This document shows positions 40,239 through 55,193 of a stretch of 64,000 nucleotides of DNA, in pieces (within the stretch, counting starts at the first letter, position 1; every line of letters starts with the position of its first letter). A program made the position numbers and the translations under genes. This DNA is from Octopus sinensis. Its lineage: Eukaryota. The stretch spans positions 37,696,001 to 37,760,000 of the forward strand of contig NC_043000.1 in the NCBI RefSeq assembly GCF_006345805.1. Direction: 5' to 3'. The notes under the pieces were generated by a model. That model saw nothing but the letters and a program-made list of their open reading frames with translations. It made no database searches and had not been told where the DNA came from.

Positions 40239-40270
<32 letters not shown>
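38271..40270 (+). repeat. ~1012-bp tandem duplication bounded by (CA)n
   Basis: ACATTCTGGATAATTATTGAT at 38271 and 39283; copies differ mostly by 1-2 nt indels. Confidence 0.9.
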
Positions 40271-40272
<2 letters not shown>

Positions 40273-40990
40273 AGCATTTCGGAATAAGCATGTGTGTATG
40301 TGTTAAGATGTGTTAAAATGTGTGTGTGTGTATGTTAATATATATGTGTGTGTGGTTTGTGTCAGCTTATGAGCGATCTCGCTAATTACTCCATTGCTCT
40401 TTAATCGCTTTCAGCTTATTGAGTCATAGCCAGGTCCCATTCTTCCTTCTTGTGGCTCAGGTATCAGCAGAAAGACATAATTAGCAATATGCCGTATATA
40501 TAACGCAAAAACAAAAACGGATGAAGAATATAGAGTAAAATCAATGGGCTTAGGTCAAACAAAAGATCTACATTATCAATGAAATAAGATCTAGAGGATG
40601 AGAGAAATTATAATGGAAATAGTCAAGTTGAACTTTGCCCTAATGTTTGATGGCATTTCGAATATACGATACATAATAAGTATTTAGCTGATAGCAAGTG
40701 ACAGAGGATGGGCGAAGGAAAATTGTTTTACGCAAGAATAATACAAAGGTGGTTATGTGTTGCTTTCATGAATATCGGAATTGGAAGAATTTCTGCGAGT
40801 TAATTTGATATTTGTGTAAATGTTGATACATTCTTGTAGTGGTTGTGACAACGGTGTTAGGAACTGGCGCTGGTACAGGCGCTGGTGCAGGTGGGATAGC
40901 AGAGGTATGGAAGAGGCAGGTGGGCATATATGTGTGTGTGTGTGAGTTTGTGCGCATGCGTTTGTCTATATTTGTGTGTGTGTGTCTATA

Positions 40991-41022
<32 letters not shown>

Positions 41023-41029
41023 TATATAT

Positions 41030-41060
<31 letters not shown>

Positions 41061-41282
41061 CGTATACAGATATGCATACATATAGTGTATGTATGTATGA
41101 CGCATGCATGTATGTACTTATATATATATATATATATACAATATATATAAGTGTATATATTTGTGTATGCATAAGTTTATATATTTGTTTTAAATATATA
41201 TGTCTATATAGATGTGTATATTTATATGTGTATTTATGTTTGTATGTATATATATATATATATATATATATAGTATGTATGT

Positions 41283-41345
<63 letters not shown>

Positions 41346-41349
41346 CATA

Positions 41350-41380
<31 letters not shown>

Positions 41381-42261
41381 ATATATATATTATATATATT
41401 ATATATATATATATACCACATATATACATATATATATATATATAAATATAACAAAAATGGCGGCTGTGGTCGCAGTAGTATTAGTGGAGTGAAGGGAGAT
41501 AGAGTAATAGTGTTTGTGGTGGTTGTTTGTGTGATAAAAGTTTACAAAAAAATCACCGCGTTTGTCACTCAGCAAGAACAACAACGACAACAAAAACAAC
41601 AACAACAGCAAAAACAACGACTAGATAAACGATATCATTCAGAGAGCAAGTGGAGGGGGGTGTGAATCATTTATATAATATAGAGAATATAGAGACATGA
41701 CAGGTTTTAAATTATCAACAAGTAAAATTGTAGGGAAATAGATGTAAGGTTAAGAAGAAATAAACGAACGAGAAATATATTAAGAAGAAAAAGGAAGAGA
41801 AGATGTTTTAAGACAAATATTTAGAGAGTGTGAATATGATAAACGCAAAAATAAACAAAAAAAAATCAACGTAACGATGTATTACATGCGGGCGTCGGCG
41901 GAAAATATTACAGGGGCAACAATCGTTGTGTAGCACCGGTTAATATGTTGCCACATCCAATTGTGGTGATGTGGTTGTATAAATAATTGCGGCTGGGTGC
42001 TGTGAAGGTTTGTACATGTGTACAGCTATGTCGGTGTCGCTGCTACCAGCAAGTGGCATTTTTTAATAGAAACAAGAAATCTCATTATATTTGCCCAGTT
42101 GCCACAAGGGGTCGCCACATCAACGTCGAAACTGATCGTGGCGACTCTTTGAATCTAAAAATTTGGCTGGAAACCAGTAACTTTTGTATTTTGGAGTTGT
42201 TTTCCTGGGATTTCATTGTTATGTTTTTATGCTTCTAATGTTGATATTCAGGTCAAAGGGG

Positions 42262-42365
<104 letters not shown>

Positions 42366-45300
42366 GTAATAATAATAATGATAAATAACAGAAAAACTCG
42401 TCATAGAAATTATGGCTGCTGTTTATGACGAAGGGAGAGAAGATAGACATGGTAAAGAGATCATGAGGAGTTGGTGCTCTGGTAGGCCGGTCGGTTGTTT
42501 TTCTGGTTTGTCGGTTGGTTCGTTGGTTGACTTGCCTGCTTGCTTGTTGGCTGGCTGGTTTGGCTGGCTGGCTGGTCGGGGACAGGTTTTGTCAGATAGA
42601 TTTCTAATTGTGTTAACGGTTCGGCTGGTGTCAGAACTGATAAAACAGGCCATCGTTAAGATTACTCTCCCGTCGAACATCCGAATTTCATGAGCAAAAT
42701 AATTTGCAAGATATCTGCTTAATACTAATCTTGTGGCGGCTGATAAAACGTGGCAACGTGTCAAATTCGAACCCTCAATTGTATTACAATCATTTTCCTA
42801 CACCTCACGTTTCTTCACCTCCTACTTTTCTTTCTTCGATACTGTTTTTACCATCTCCTCTGCCTTTTCCTTCTCTCTCGCCTCTGCGTTATTATTTCCC
42901 TCTTTCCGCTTCTTCCTTACATTTGCAAGCATATAGTTACACACATACGCATACACGCACACACACGCACGCCCACACAAACACACACATACAAACACAC
43001 TGCACATACACTCAAGCACTTCTCTCTTCTTTTCCCTCTTCTCTCCTTCCCGCCATCTCCCTAATACCTAATCATTTTCTCTCCTTCTCTGATTTCCGAA
43101 TACTTCACTCCATAATATTTTTCTCTTCACAACGCTTCACAAATGTTTGTCCAGCTTTTTTTTTATATTTTATTGTTGTTTAAATATGGCTCTATTATAT
43201 TTCTTTCTCGTCAGCCACCGTCTCAGTAAATCCCAATCATTATACATTACTATTCCTTTGCATTCCAAAAGGCATCTCTGGTTTAAATCGAAATCACTTA
43301 AAGAGGTTTCTTTTAATTGCTTTCCTGGTTTTTACTTTCTCTTAAGCAATGTTTTGTTTTTCTGTTTCTGAGACGAGCTTATAAAACAGATCACTGATTT
43401 CATTCCGGAATTTCTCATTTTTGATTAAGAATCGTTTCGCATTTTCTTTTACGTTATCATGATTCCTTATGGGTGTCAAAGTCTTAAATTTAGAAGAAAT
43501 CAGGGAATTAAATTTTGTGAAGTTCATGGTTGTTGCAGAATCGATAGGGTGTCAAGAAGTGCCTTGTAATTTTTACGGTTCTTTACATTCTGAGTTCAAA
43601 TCGCATCAAAGTCAAATTTGCCTTTCATCATTTCAGGGTCGATAAAGTAAAATTACAGTGATGTACGGGAGTCGATGTAATCGATTAAGTCTCTTCCCAT
43701 CAAAATCGCCAGCTTTATATTGAAATTAGATACAATAGTATAGGATATCAGGCTGGTGGATTGGCAGATTCGTAAGAGCGTCGAACAAAATGCAGTATTT
43801 CTTTGGGCTCTTTATATTCTGAGTTCAAATTCAACTGAGATTAGAAGCGTCATCCTTGAGGGTTGATAGGAAAAAATACTAGACAAATTAACCCACCTCT
43901 AAATTCCAATAATAGATCTCAGAGGCTTGAGTAAAACAAATTGCGTTGAATGAAACAAAACCGGTTAAAAGCGAGCGTTGCAAAACGTTAATTTTCTTTT
44001 AAGAATTACTTTTCTCCATTTCGAAATAAAGGAAACCGTTATGTTACAGGTAAAAATTAAAATAATTTGTCCAAACTTACACAAAAACAAAAAGATGAAG
44101 CTACATAACGTTATCATAGAAGCATAAAACACTTTGGCCTCTAACAATAATAAAACCCATTTTCTTTATTTCCACAAAAGCAAAAGTCCCTGTAGAATAT
44201 GCAAGACACTAGTGAACGTAAATATTTTTTATTTATTTATATAGCACATCATCGACCACTTATATAGAAAGTATTTCTCTCTGCTTTGCTTTAAAGCGAT
44301 TTTATGATGTGACTGCCCAAACAGAAAAATATGTCTTTCTGTTACATAGACGATTAGTTTTAGGAGGATTTCACTAAATTTCAGTGCATGCAACACTCGA
44401 ATTCTTTCAGAGAAAAACGAGATCTTATACTTGTCTGAGTCATTGGACTGAGTTTTATTATATCAAACTAATGTAATATTTTGCATTTAGGTCTCATTAA
44501 ACATTTCTTCTCTTTCAATCATTTATGGTGTCTTAATCGTCTTGTATACATATCAATCAATACCGAGAATGAAGAATCTGTTGGTGTAGATTAGGCAAAT
44601 ACATTACATATACCGATACATATAATATAGGAACTAATTCATGGCCATGTGGTGAACAAGGTCTCTTGGAAATTTTGTGTTTAGAGATTTAGTCCCTCGG
44701 CGTGGCACTTTGGACAAATATTTTTCTATAAGTTCGGGTCAAACAATGCCTTATATGTGAATATATATGTAAGCCCTACACCAACGGCAGCGGAAAGTGC
44801 GGTCTATGCGACATGGAGAGATGGCTTATCTGGAAAAGCAGCTTAGACCCTACTACATGTCTAAACTTAAGGATAGAACTTTTCGGATCATGCCCACGTG
44901 TGACAAAATTTTGTTACGTTTTTGGTCCCCTCAAGAAAACAGATAGAACATCTTTTCTATATTATGTCCAAAAAGTTTTTTTATCTCATTATACCTTTTA
45001 TTATTTCATATATTTTTATATTTTCACACATAATAATTTTTTCTGTACTCTTCCATCCTGCATTTTTTCCTGTGCCTATATAGACGTGTATATAGATTTA
45101 TTTGTACACGTGTGTGAATATGTATGAGTGGGCGGGTTTGTATGTATATAGATGTGTGCGTGTGTGCGCGCATAAGAATACATATATATAGAATACATAT
45201 ATATAGACGTTTTTACAATATTTTCGGGTTTTTTTGGGGCATATGTATATTCCTTTTTTGTGTATGCGTGTGTATATGCATATATAAACATGTGCGGGTA

Positions 45301-45787
45301 TGTACATATATGGGCGTGTGTATGTATGAGTGCATAAGGGCATGTCCGTATATGAACGTGGTTTTTACACTTTGTATACTCCTTATGTTTTTTTCTGTAT
45401 TGTTACCTTTAATCATGTTTTTTCTTGTGCTTGTGCGTATATAGACGTATGTATGAACTTTTACGGTACGCGCGTGTGTATATGAGTTTGTATATATATG
45501 CGTATACATTTGGCGAAAAATGCGAGTGAAGATGTGTACGTTTTCATAGTGACGTATAAGTACGCACGTGTGTCCGCGAGCGCACATGTGAGCGTATGAG
45601 TAGCCATATTTACGTGTTTACTATGAACTTTTAATCTTAATTTATATAAGTAGCGGAATTATAACACAGTAATTTCCCTTTATATAACGGTATTTTTTCA
45701 TAGCGTTTTTCAGATGGCCAGGTGTTGTGGATTTCCACTTCGGCATCCAAAATTCAGAGTTTTATCTTGACTATTGAATAATTTAAC

Positions 45788-45827
<40 letters not shown>

Positions 45828-45994
45828 CATTTATTCATTTACTTTTTTTTTAGTCATTTTACTGGATTTTACAGCGCCTTTATTCGAAAATGTCGACCCC
45901 AGGACTTTTGCCGAACTGCTAACTTACGGGAACGTAAACACTCTAACATCGGTTATCAGGTGATGGTGGAGGGACAAAGCACACGCACACACGC

Positions 45995-46061
<67 letters not shown>

Positions 46062-46089
46062 TATATATATGTATGTATGTATGTATTCG

Positions 46090-46229
46090 ACGGTCTTCTT
46101 TCAGTTTTCGTCTACCAAATCCACTCACAAGGCTTTGGTCAGCCCGAGGTTATAGTAGAAGATGCTTTCCCAAGTTTCCACGCAGTGGAAGGGAACCCGG
46201 AACCACGTGGTTGGGAGGTAAGCTTCTTT
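46090..46229 (-). mobile_element. SINE family 1 with its head truncated by an inserted element
   Basis: ...GGAACCACGTGGTTGGGAGGTAAGCTTCT then switches to non-SINE sequence. Confidence 0.8.
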
Positions 46230-46790
46230 ATTTCATTATATTGGCCATAAAGTTCTTACATAGAGAAAGGAAGCTGCGGGCTGGACACAGACATAATGTT
46301 ATGTGAAATGAAAATTGAAAATGATGATTAATGGGGGGGAACAAGTGGCGCCCGCCGATCGTTGTTTCCCGAGAACATTGAACTCTTATATTATTCATGA
46401 GGTAACAAACCTCTTACACTGTTTACAATATTCAATAACAAAATGAGGCACTAAGCCTCTTCCTTTTTTTACCAAACTAGTAACTTTCAATAACACTGAG
46501 GCGTTTCAACCTCTTATCCATATTCCTCCCCAACATAGCTTGTGACCACATCCTCCACCATCACCCATGCCTCATTCAAGTACAAAGCGGGTGCCATGTC
46601 GGCAATGTCAAGCTCTGAAGACAGTGGGTAGGGAAAGGGGAAACACCAGCACTCCAGGCTAAAGAAGGTCTTCACCCACGTAAGATTTTGTTATCTGTTT
46701 GGAGGGATATGAAAGCTTTAGTCCACTTTGAACTTTTAAACCCAAACCAAATGATAACAAAGAGATCTACTGGAAGCAGCTCGAGCGGCT
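46230..46790 (-). mobile_element. 3' end of a retroelement related to 2305-4338
   Basis: Shares ATCGGCGGGCG, TGTCCAGCCCGCA and TTTATGGC.AAT..TAATGAA with the 3' UTR at 2305-2430; ORF relic ending VEDVVTSYVGEEYG*. Confidence 0.65.
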
Positions 46791-46799
46791 TAAGCCAGC

Positions 46800-47222
46800 A
46801 TTGGAAGGAAAAAGACCATTTTTGGTTTCATGATGAAAAGTTTTCTTCCACAAGAGGATAATCTTGGCCACATACAGCGAGGATGACACCCAAAGGTGGA
46901 GCAGTTTGAATGGGAAACGATGCCCCACCCACCATATTTGCGAGACATTGCCCCATTAATATCATTTATTCCAGTCTTCAAAATCCTTTGCATGGAAAAA
47001 CTATGAATTCTGTAGATAAGGTCAGAACAGTAGTGGAGGAGTACTTTTCATCCCAGACAAGTGAATTTTGGAAGAGGGGCTTTGCAAGTCTACCGGATAG
47101 ATGGAAGAACATTCTAGAAAATGAAGGAGGGTATGCTTTAGATTAAAACAGAACTTTGTTTATTGTAATTTAGAAAAATAAAAGACATTAAAAAATATCA
47201 TTATTTATGGGATGATCCAATA
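46800..47222 (+). mobile_element. Mariner transposase 3' fragment with right TIR
   Basis: PHTARMT...EQFEWETMPHPPY, SLQNPLHGK, FWKRGFASLPDRWKNILENEGGY; ends TATGGGATGATCCAATA-TA. Confidence 0.88.
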
Positions 47223-47578
47223 TGTACATATTTATACATATGTATGTGTGTGCGTGCGTGTGCATGTGTCTACAATTACATATGCAAACTGACATGTATA
47301 TAATATATAATATGCGTAGATGAATGTATACGTACACATACACACACGCATGTATATATACATAATTACACATAAGCACATTGAAATGCATATTATGTAC
47401 GTGTCGATGAATGTATGTATGTACGTATATATATACTTAGTTTGATTTGAAAACCCCACTAGAATGGGAGAAAGCGTTAATGATCTAAGTGATATGATAT
47501 ATATAAAAAATGTAATATACAAATAAATATCTGTTAATATAAACCATCCGATTTTGTGAGTACCTCATTTCTTCTTCT

Positions 47579-47618
<40 letters not shown>

Positions 47619-47870
47619 TATATGTTTATACATATGTACGTACACAAGCACATACAGACTTGCATGCTTTCGTAGAGAGACATTTGCATTTCAGTTTGTT
47701 GCTGTGAAAATGTCTTTGCCTCTGGTTTGTTCGATATACTTCTTGTCTTCAAGATGTCTCTTGCAAATGGAACGCAATCCAGACTAGCGCTGATTGCAAT
47801 GCTTTTACACACGCCTTAAGCCAGACATCTGCTATCGACGTCAAGACGGCTTTTCTTTCTTTTCATTCTG

Positions 47871-48001
<131 letters not shown>

Positions 48002-48099
48002 GAATCCATTGGTGCGGAAATAAGCCGCAGTTTAGGAATAGAATGATCCTGTTATGGTTCTTGTGCCCTTTCCTTGTAGGATCAAACGCGCGCGCACAA

Positions 48100-48132
<33 letters not shown>

Positions 48133-48494
48133 ATCGCACAACACACACACACACACAATCGCACACCCACACGCGCGCGTACTCACACACACATACACTG
48201 ATGTAACACACACATACACAGACACACTTTTACATGTTCATGTCGATTCTTTTTTTCTTTACAAGAGAAAGGTTGACAGGGATTTCGAAGTGTCGGCTTG
48301 CTTGCCTTTGTCACACATTCTGACGACGGCGAGTAAGCTGAACTCTTGAAGTGACTGACAACAAAAATCATCTCTACAGATTTTCTGTAGAAATTAGAGC
48401 TGACTCAGCTTCTATAGGAAAATCTGTAGAGATAGCTTTAAAAAGTGATTGATTTTCACTGCTAACACATGTAGGGCACAGCTATTGACATATT

Positions 48495-48883
48495 GGATAT
48501 GGAAGCACTCCGTCGGTTACGACGACGAGGGTTCCGGTTGATCCGAATCAACGGAACAGCCTGCTCGTGAAATTAACGTGTAAGTGGCTGAGCACTCCAC
48601 AGACACGTGTACCCTTAACGTAGTTCTCGGGGATATTCAGCGTGACACAGAGAGTGACAAGACCGGCCCTTTGAAATACAGGTACAACAGAAACAGGAAG
48701 TAAGAGTGAGAGAAAGTTGTGGTGAAAGAGTACAGCAGGGATCACCACCATCCCCTGCCGGAGCTGCGTGGAGCTTTAGCTGTTTTCGCTCAATAAACAC
48801 TCACAACGCCCGGTCTGGGAATCGAAACCGCGATCCTATGACCGCGAGTCGGCTGCCCTAACCCCTGGGCCATTGCGCCTCCA
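48495..48883 (-). mobile_element. Full-length SINE family 2 with 13-bp TSD
   Basis: tRNA head TGGCCCAGGGGTTAGGGC...GGTTTCGATTCCC; TSD CTATTGACATATT at 48482-48494 and 48884-48896. Confidence 0.92.
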
Positions 48884-49936
48884 CTATTGACATATTAACC
48901 TCTAATATACTTGGTAGCGTACTATGGCTGCATAACGAAATGCGGTGTCCCAACAAACAATACTGACAACAGTGTGAAAGTTTAATGAATTAAGACTCTC
49001 TTAAAAAGTGTTGAGTATTCCTCCAGTTTTTGTGTTGAATTTTTGTATATATAACATGACATAGAAACAAACAAGAAGTGATGGAAGCACTCGCTAAATA
49101 AAGCTTTCGGTGCCGGTCATTGATCGCCAGCAGTAGTCTGCTTTTGCCAATGACTACAAAGTCGGGCGTCTCTGGGCAACAGTTCCCTTTAAAGACATAG
49201 GACGTAGGACCATCCCAGCAGACAAGAGAACAAGGAAGAAAAACAAGGACACTGCGATCTATCTGAATCAATCTATCTGAGCCTCTGAATCGAACTCGTC
49301 GGGCATCAATAAACCCCTCCGTAAACCTTTCCTCACAAAGTGAAACCAATAGTAACTTCTTACATTGTCAAAAGGTGAAATTTTGGGGTTAGTAAACATT
49401 GATTATATAACTAGTACTCTGGATGGATAAAAGACGTAGTTGACTTCAGTAGGGTTTGAACTGATTACGTAGAGACCCGGTACAAATGTGGGCAAACCAA
49501 TTTTTCCGATGTTTTAATGATTCTGCCAACCCCTCACCTGAATATAATGTTTTTCTCAAATTCAATATTCTGAAACCAACAACTCTAATAAAACGAACAG
49601 TCGACTCTTTTTGTTTTCTCTCCGTGCAAATGATTTTGCCAAAAAATTAGACATCTCTTCTTTTTCACAAAGTAGCACGGTAATGTGCATACGCCGTTCC
49701 ATTTCGTCACGCCCTGCCTTGAACAAAGGGCCCACTACTCCGTTAATAATTCATACATTGTATTTGCTCATCTTCAAGGATACATCACTGCATGCTATCC
49801 CTAGATAGACTTTGATATTCTGCTGTTTCCCCGCTTCTTTTGGTGGGTCTTCTTTTCATCCTGCTCTGGTGTGTCCTGTAACTACTCACTCACCAATCTA
49901 GCGTTCAGAGAGTAGTCATCGTTGCTGACAAAGTTG

Positions 49937-50087
<151 letters not shown>

Positions 50088-50222
50088 GTTTGTTTGTCTA
50101 TCTTTGTGTGTCTGTCTATCGATGTGTCTGTTTATCTGTGTGCGTGTGTGTGTGTTTGTATGTGTGTGTTTGTATGTGTGTGTGTGTTTGTGTGTGTGTG
50201 TGGTGTTTGTGTGTGTGTTTGT

Positions 50223-50263
<41 letters not shown>

Positions 50264-51039
50264 AGCAAAACTGATGGCTTGACAAGTCTTCATTTCTGGG
50301 ATCGGCTCAAACGCCGTCGTAAGCGCTGTAACATTTGTATGATGCGGAAAAATATTGCAACGGTTTTGCCCGAATGATGTTGGCATTAACATTTAAAATT
50401 GACCTAAGTCTTGGTTTCCTTACCATCCGTCCTCTATAAAAATCCTTCTTGCCTCACACCACAACACTAACACAGAACTATTTCACCTCAACTCGCCCCA
50501 CTCTCTTAAACATAATTACCAAACGCATGAGAGAATAAAACGATCTCATAACATTCAGACAAGTCCTGTGCAAATATCTCCAACAAATCCCAAATAAATC
50601 CCCTGCACTCGGATATATATTTCTTTACTGCCCACAAGGGGCTAAACATAGAGGGGACAAACAAGGACAGACAAAGGGATTAAGTTGATTACATCAACCC
50701 CAGTGCGTAACTGGTACTTATTTTATCGACCCCGAAAGGATGAAAGGCAAAGTCGACCTCGGCGGAATTTGAACTCAGAACGTAACGACAGACGAAATAC
50801 CGCTAAGCATTTCGCCCAGAGCGCTCACGCTTCTGCCAGCTCGCCGCCTTATATATCTCTACAAACAATATATCGGATATATCTCTACAAACAATAACTC
50901 TTTAATCGAATGGGCGATGGGTGGGGACCCAAAGGATGATTGAAGTACGAAACACCATTAAATGAATTTTCCATGCGGTGCTATTAATTGGTTCATGGTC
51001 TGCACAAATTCTGTCTGAAAGTTATTCTCTAAGTACCTT

Positions 51040-52092
51040 AGAATAAACACATGTGTATGTGTGAGTGACTTTTTTGTCTTCCTCCACCGCTCGACAACTG
51101 GTATTGTCTTGATAACGTCCTCTCCATATCTCCGTAACATAGGGGATTGGCAAAAGTGATCGACAGAATGAGCACCAAACTTAAAACATAAGTACTGGGG
51201 TCGATAGATTTGACCAAACTCCTTCAAGGCGTTACTCCAGCATGGCCACGGTCTAATAATGGAAACAAGTGAAAGGTCGAAAATAAAAACATAAATTGTA
51301 GTGGCTGTGTGGTAAGTAGCTTGCTTACCAACCACAACTGGGTTCAGTCCCACTTTGTGACACCTTAGGCAAGTGTCTTTTACTATAGTCTTGGGTCAAC
51401 CAAAGCTTTGTAAGTGGATTTCGTAGACGGAAACTGAGAGAAGCCCGTCGTACATATATGTATTTGTTTGTGTGTGTGTGTCTGTTTGTCCCACCCGCCA
51501 TCACTTGACAACCGATGTTGGTGTGTTTATGTCCCCGAGGCTTAGCGCTTCGGCAAAAGGAACCGATGCAATAAGTTGTAGGCTTCCAAAGAATAAGTCA
51601 TGGTGTAAATTTGTTCGAATAAAGGTGGTGCTCCAGTATGGCCGCAGTCAGATGACTGAAACAAGTAAATCTCATCTCATCTAGGTCGTCCCATAGAACG
51701 CTTGACAATCCGTGTTTGTGTCTTTACGTCTTGGGTGCAGGAGTGGCTGCGTGGTGGGCAGCTTGCTTCCCAACCACATGGTTCTGGGTTCAGTGCCACT
51801 GCGTGGCACCTTGAGCCAGTGTCTTCTACTATAGCCTCAGGCCGACTAGGGCTTTGTGGGTGCATTTGGTGGTCGGAAACTGAAAGAAGCCCGTCATGAT
51901 AGATCGGTAGCCACTACACACATTTTTTTCTCTCCTTGTTTCTCTCCTTGTTTTTTTCTGTGTCCCTTTCTGTAGAAGAGCGTAGGCTCGAAACGTAAAA
52001 GACATTTTCAATTACTGAGCGTTATACTAATACATCTGTTTTTTTGTACACCGCCTGTCTTCGTCTTTTGTTTTTTTTTCGTGAACTCTCCC

Positions 52093-52161
<69 letters not shown>

Positions 52162-52162
52162 G

Positions 52163-52196
<34 letters not shown>

Positions 52197-52612
52197 AAGA
52201 GAGAGACAGAGAGATGCGTGTGTTTGTGTGTCTGTGTTTGTCCCCCTACCATCGCTTGACAACCGAAACTGGTGTGTTTACGTTCCCGTAACTTAGCGGT
52301 TCGGCAAAACAGACCGATAGAATAAGCACTAGGCTTACAAAGAATAAATCCTGGGAGTCGATTTGTTCGATTAAAGGCGGTGCCCCAGCATGGCCGCAGT
52401 CAAATGACTGAAACAGATAAAAGAATAAAATAATATATATATATATATATATAATTATACGACGGGCTTCTTTCAGTTTCCATCGACCAAATCCACTCAC
52501 AAGGCTTTGGTCACCCCGAAGCTATAGTAGAAGACACCTACCCAAGGTGGCACTGAACCCGGAACAATGTGGTTGGGAAGCAAACTTCTTACCAAACAGC
52601 CACGTCTGCGCC
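51040..52612. mobile_element. Dense cluster of SINE family 1 copies (including near-complete 51300-51670) with a family B element at ~51900-52095
   Basis: Repeated family 1 head, body and 3' segments in both orientations. Confidence 0.85.
51966..52001 (+). ncRNA. Minimal hammerhead-like motif, family B, CUGU core variant
   Basis: CTTT-CTGTAGA-A GAGC GTAG GCTC-GAAA-CG-TA-AAAG. Confidence 0.55.
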
Positions 52613-53248
52613 TATGTATGTATGTATGTATGTATGTATGTATGTATGTATGTATGTGTGTATGTATGTATGTGTGTATGTATGTATGTATGTACGTTTG
52701 TACGTATGTATGTATGTATGTATGTATGTATGTATGTATGTGTGTGTATGTATGTATGTATGTGTGTATGTATGTATGTATGTTTGTATGTATGTATGTA
52801 TGTACGTATTTATGTATGTATGTATGTATGTATGATGTATGTATGTATGTATGTATATATGTATGTGTGTGTGTTTTATCATGTTTTCAATTCGTTAGCG
52901 ACATCAGTGAAGTGTACTTCTCTCTTTTCCTCCTCCTTAGCTTTGTGTGTGTGCATTTTTTATTTGTAATTTTCTCTCTCTCTTTCTTTCCTTTACGTCT
53001 TTCTTTCTCTCTCTACCCATTTAATCCCTATCTCTCACTTAACATCTCATTCTTCCTTCATTTCCTTCCCTCCGTCTCTAGTTCTTCATTACTTTTGGCT
53101 CATCTCCCCTCACTCCCTCAATCCTTCTTCTTCACATTCAACAACTTGTTTTTACTTTTTCACTCACAAATCCACCTCCTCCTCATTTTTCTTTTCCTTT
53201 CTCCTTTCGCTCTGTCATTGCCGTAGATCTAGTTGTCTGCTGCTGCTG

Positions 53249-53309
<61 letters not shown>

Positions 53310-53338
53310 CATTTCCTATTTGCTTCATACTCTCTTTC

Positions 53339-53369
<31 letters not shown>

Positions 53370-54976
53370 TTCTCTGTCTCTTTCTCTTAGCTACCTTGTA
53401 CGCGCGACATATATACACATACGTATATATAGATACAGACATCCACACATCCACACACTCACACACTCAGACAGACAGATACAAACACACACATACACAC
53501 ATATACACGCACATATACACACATGCACACATACACAGACAGACATACATACATACATACACACATACATACACACACATATACAAATACACACACACTC
53601 AGACAGACAGATAGACACACACACACACCAACCCACTCAGTCACACACACACGCAGCAGATAAGATGGTGTTTTGATTATTAAAAATGATGACAACGAGC
53701 AACAATGGCGGTTTAGTATGGCTGCGGGTATTACGATAATAGTTCTGGTATGAGTATAGAGTGGTGGCGGTCCGTTACGAGTGGTGGTTGTATATAGTGT
53801 AGTGTGGGTCGTAGTAGAATGAGTGGTGGTTGTATGAATGACGTTGGTATGGGTAATAATGTGGAGGCAGTTGTATGGCTAATGGTTGTATAGGTGGTAG
53901 TAACTTCATGGGTGGTAGTGGTTGTACGAGTGGTAGTGTTGGTTATGGTATATGTGGTAGCATACATTGTTGTATGAGTGACGGTGGTGTGGATTGGGGA
54001 GATGATCTGGCAAGTATTAGCTGTTGTATGTGTGGTAGTATAAATGGTGGTGGCACTTAGATCAGTAGTGGAATTAGTTGTAGCATGCATGGTTGCAGTA
54101 GTAGTAGTGATGGTGGCGGTGGTGGGAGAAGTAGTGCTGTTGGTGGTTGTAGTAGTGGTCGTGGCGGTGATGGTGGTAGTAGTAGTGGTGGTGGTGGTGG
54201 TAGTAGTAGTAGTGGTGGTGGTGGTGGTGGTGGTGGTGGTGGTAGTGGTAGTAGTGGTAGTAGTATTAGTAGTAGTAGTAGTAGCAGTGGTGGTGATGGT
54301 GATGATTTGTTGGTGCTAGTGGCGAGGGTGGTGTTTTTCATCTTTTACTTGTTTCGTTCATTGAGCTGCGGCCATGCTGGGGCACCGCATTAAAGGCTTT
54401 CTTTTTTGTCACACAAATCGACGCCATACATACATCGTTTTAAATGTCAACTGCCATTTCTATTGGTATCTTTTGCTGAACGCTAAGTTACAAGGACATA
54501 AACCATGGCCGGTTGTTAAGCGGTGGACGGGGAAAAAGACAAACACACATACATGCATACACACACACACACACGCGCGCGCATATCTGTTGTGTGTGTG
54601 TAGGGGGGGGGGGTGATGGGTTTCCGCACAGTTTCTGGTCACCAAATCAACTCGCAAGGTTTTGATCGTGACCATAACAGAAGACGCATGTCCAACAGTG
54701 GGACTGAACCCTTAACCACAGGTTGCAAAAGCAATCTTCTTAACCACAGAGCCAAGCCTGGTTGTATGGGTACTAGTATTGGTTGTGGTGCTTGTCATGA
54801 TACTGTGGCTGGTAATGGTATTAAATGTGGTTGTAGTAGAGATAATGTTGGAGTATTGTTGATGGTGATGGTGGTAGCGGAGATGTATGATGGTGATGTG
54901 GTGGTGTTTAATACGGTCTAAATAACACTAGTCCTTTTATTTGCAATGGACTGATAGGCGTTCTAGCCTTGTTGTT

Positions 54977-55022
54977 ATCACAACGTTTCGGCTGATGTAT
55001 TCTCCGGCCTTCATCAGGTGTT
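54977..55022 (-). ncRNA. Type I minimal hammerhead, family C
   Basis: Reverse complement AACAC-CTGATGA-A GGCCG...CAGCC-GAAA-CG-TT-GTGAT. Confidence 0.7.
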
Positions 55023-55193
55023 CTGGTGGAATTTCGAACCCAACCCTTTATTTGACTTAAACAGGAAGGTTAGATGGTTTGAAAGACAAGCTAGTTTCTG
55101 ATGGAGTTTCTCTGTATGTCTCCATTGAAGTCTAATGTTGGTTCTGTACTGATTAGATAATACTGTTCTATATTTTTGAAATGAAGAATTCTA

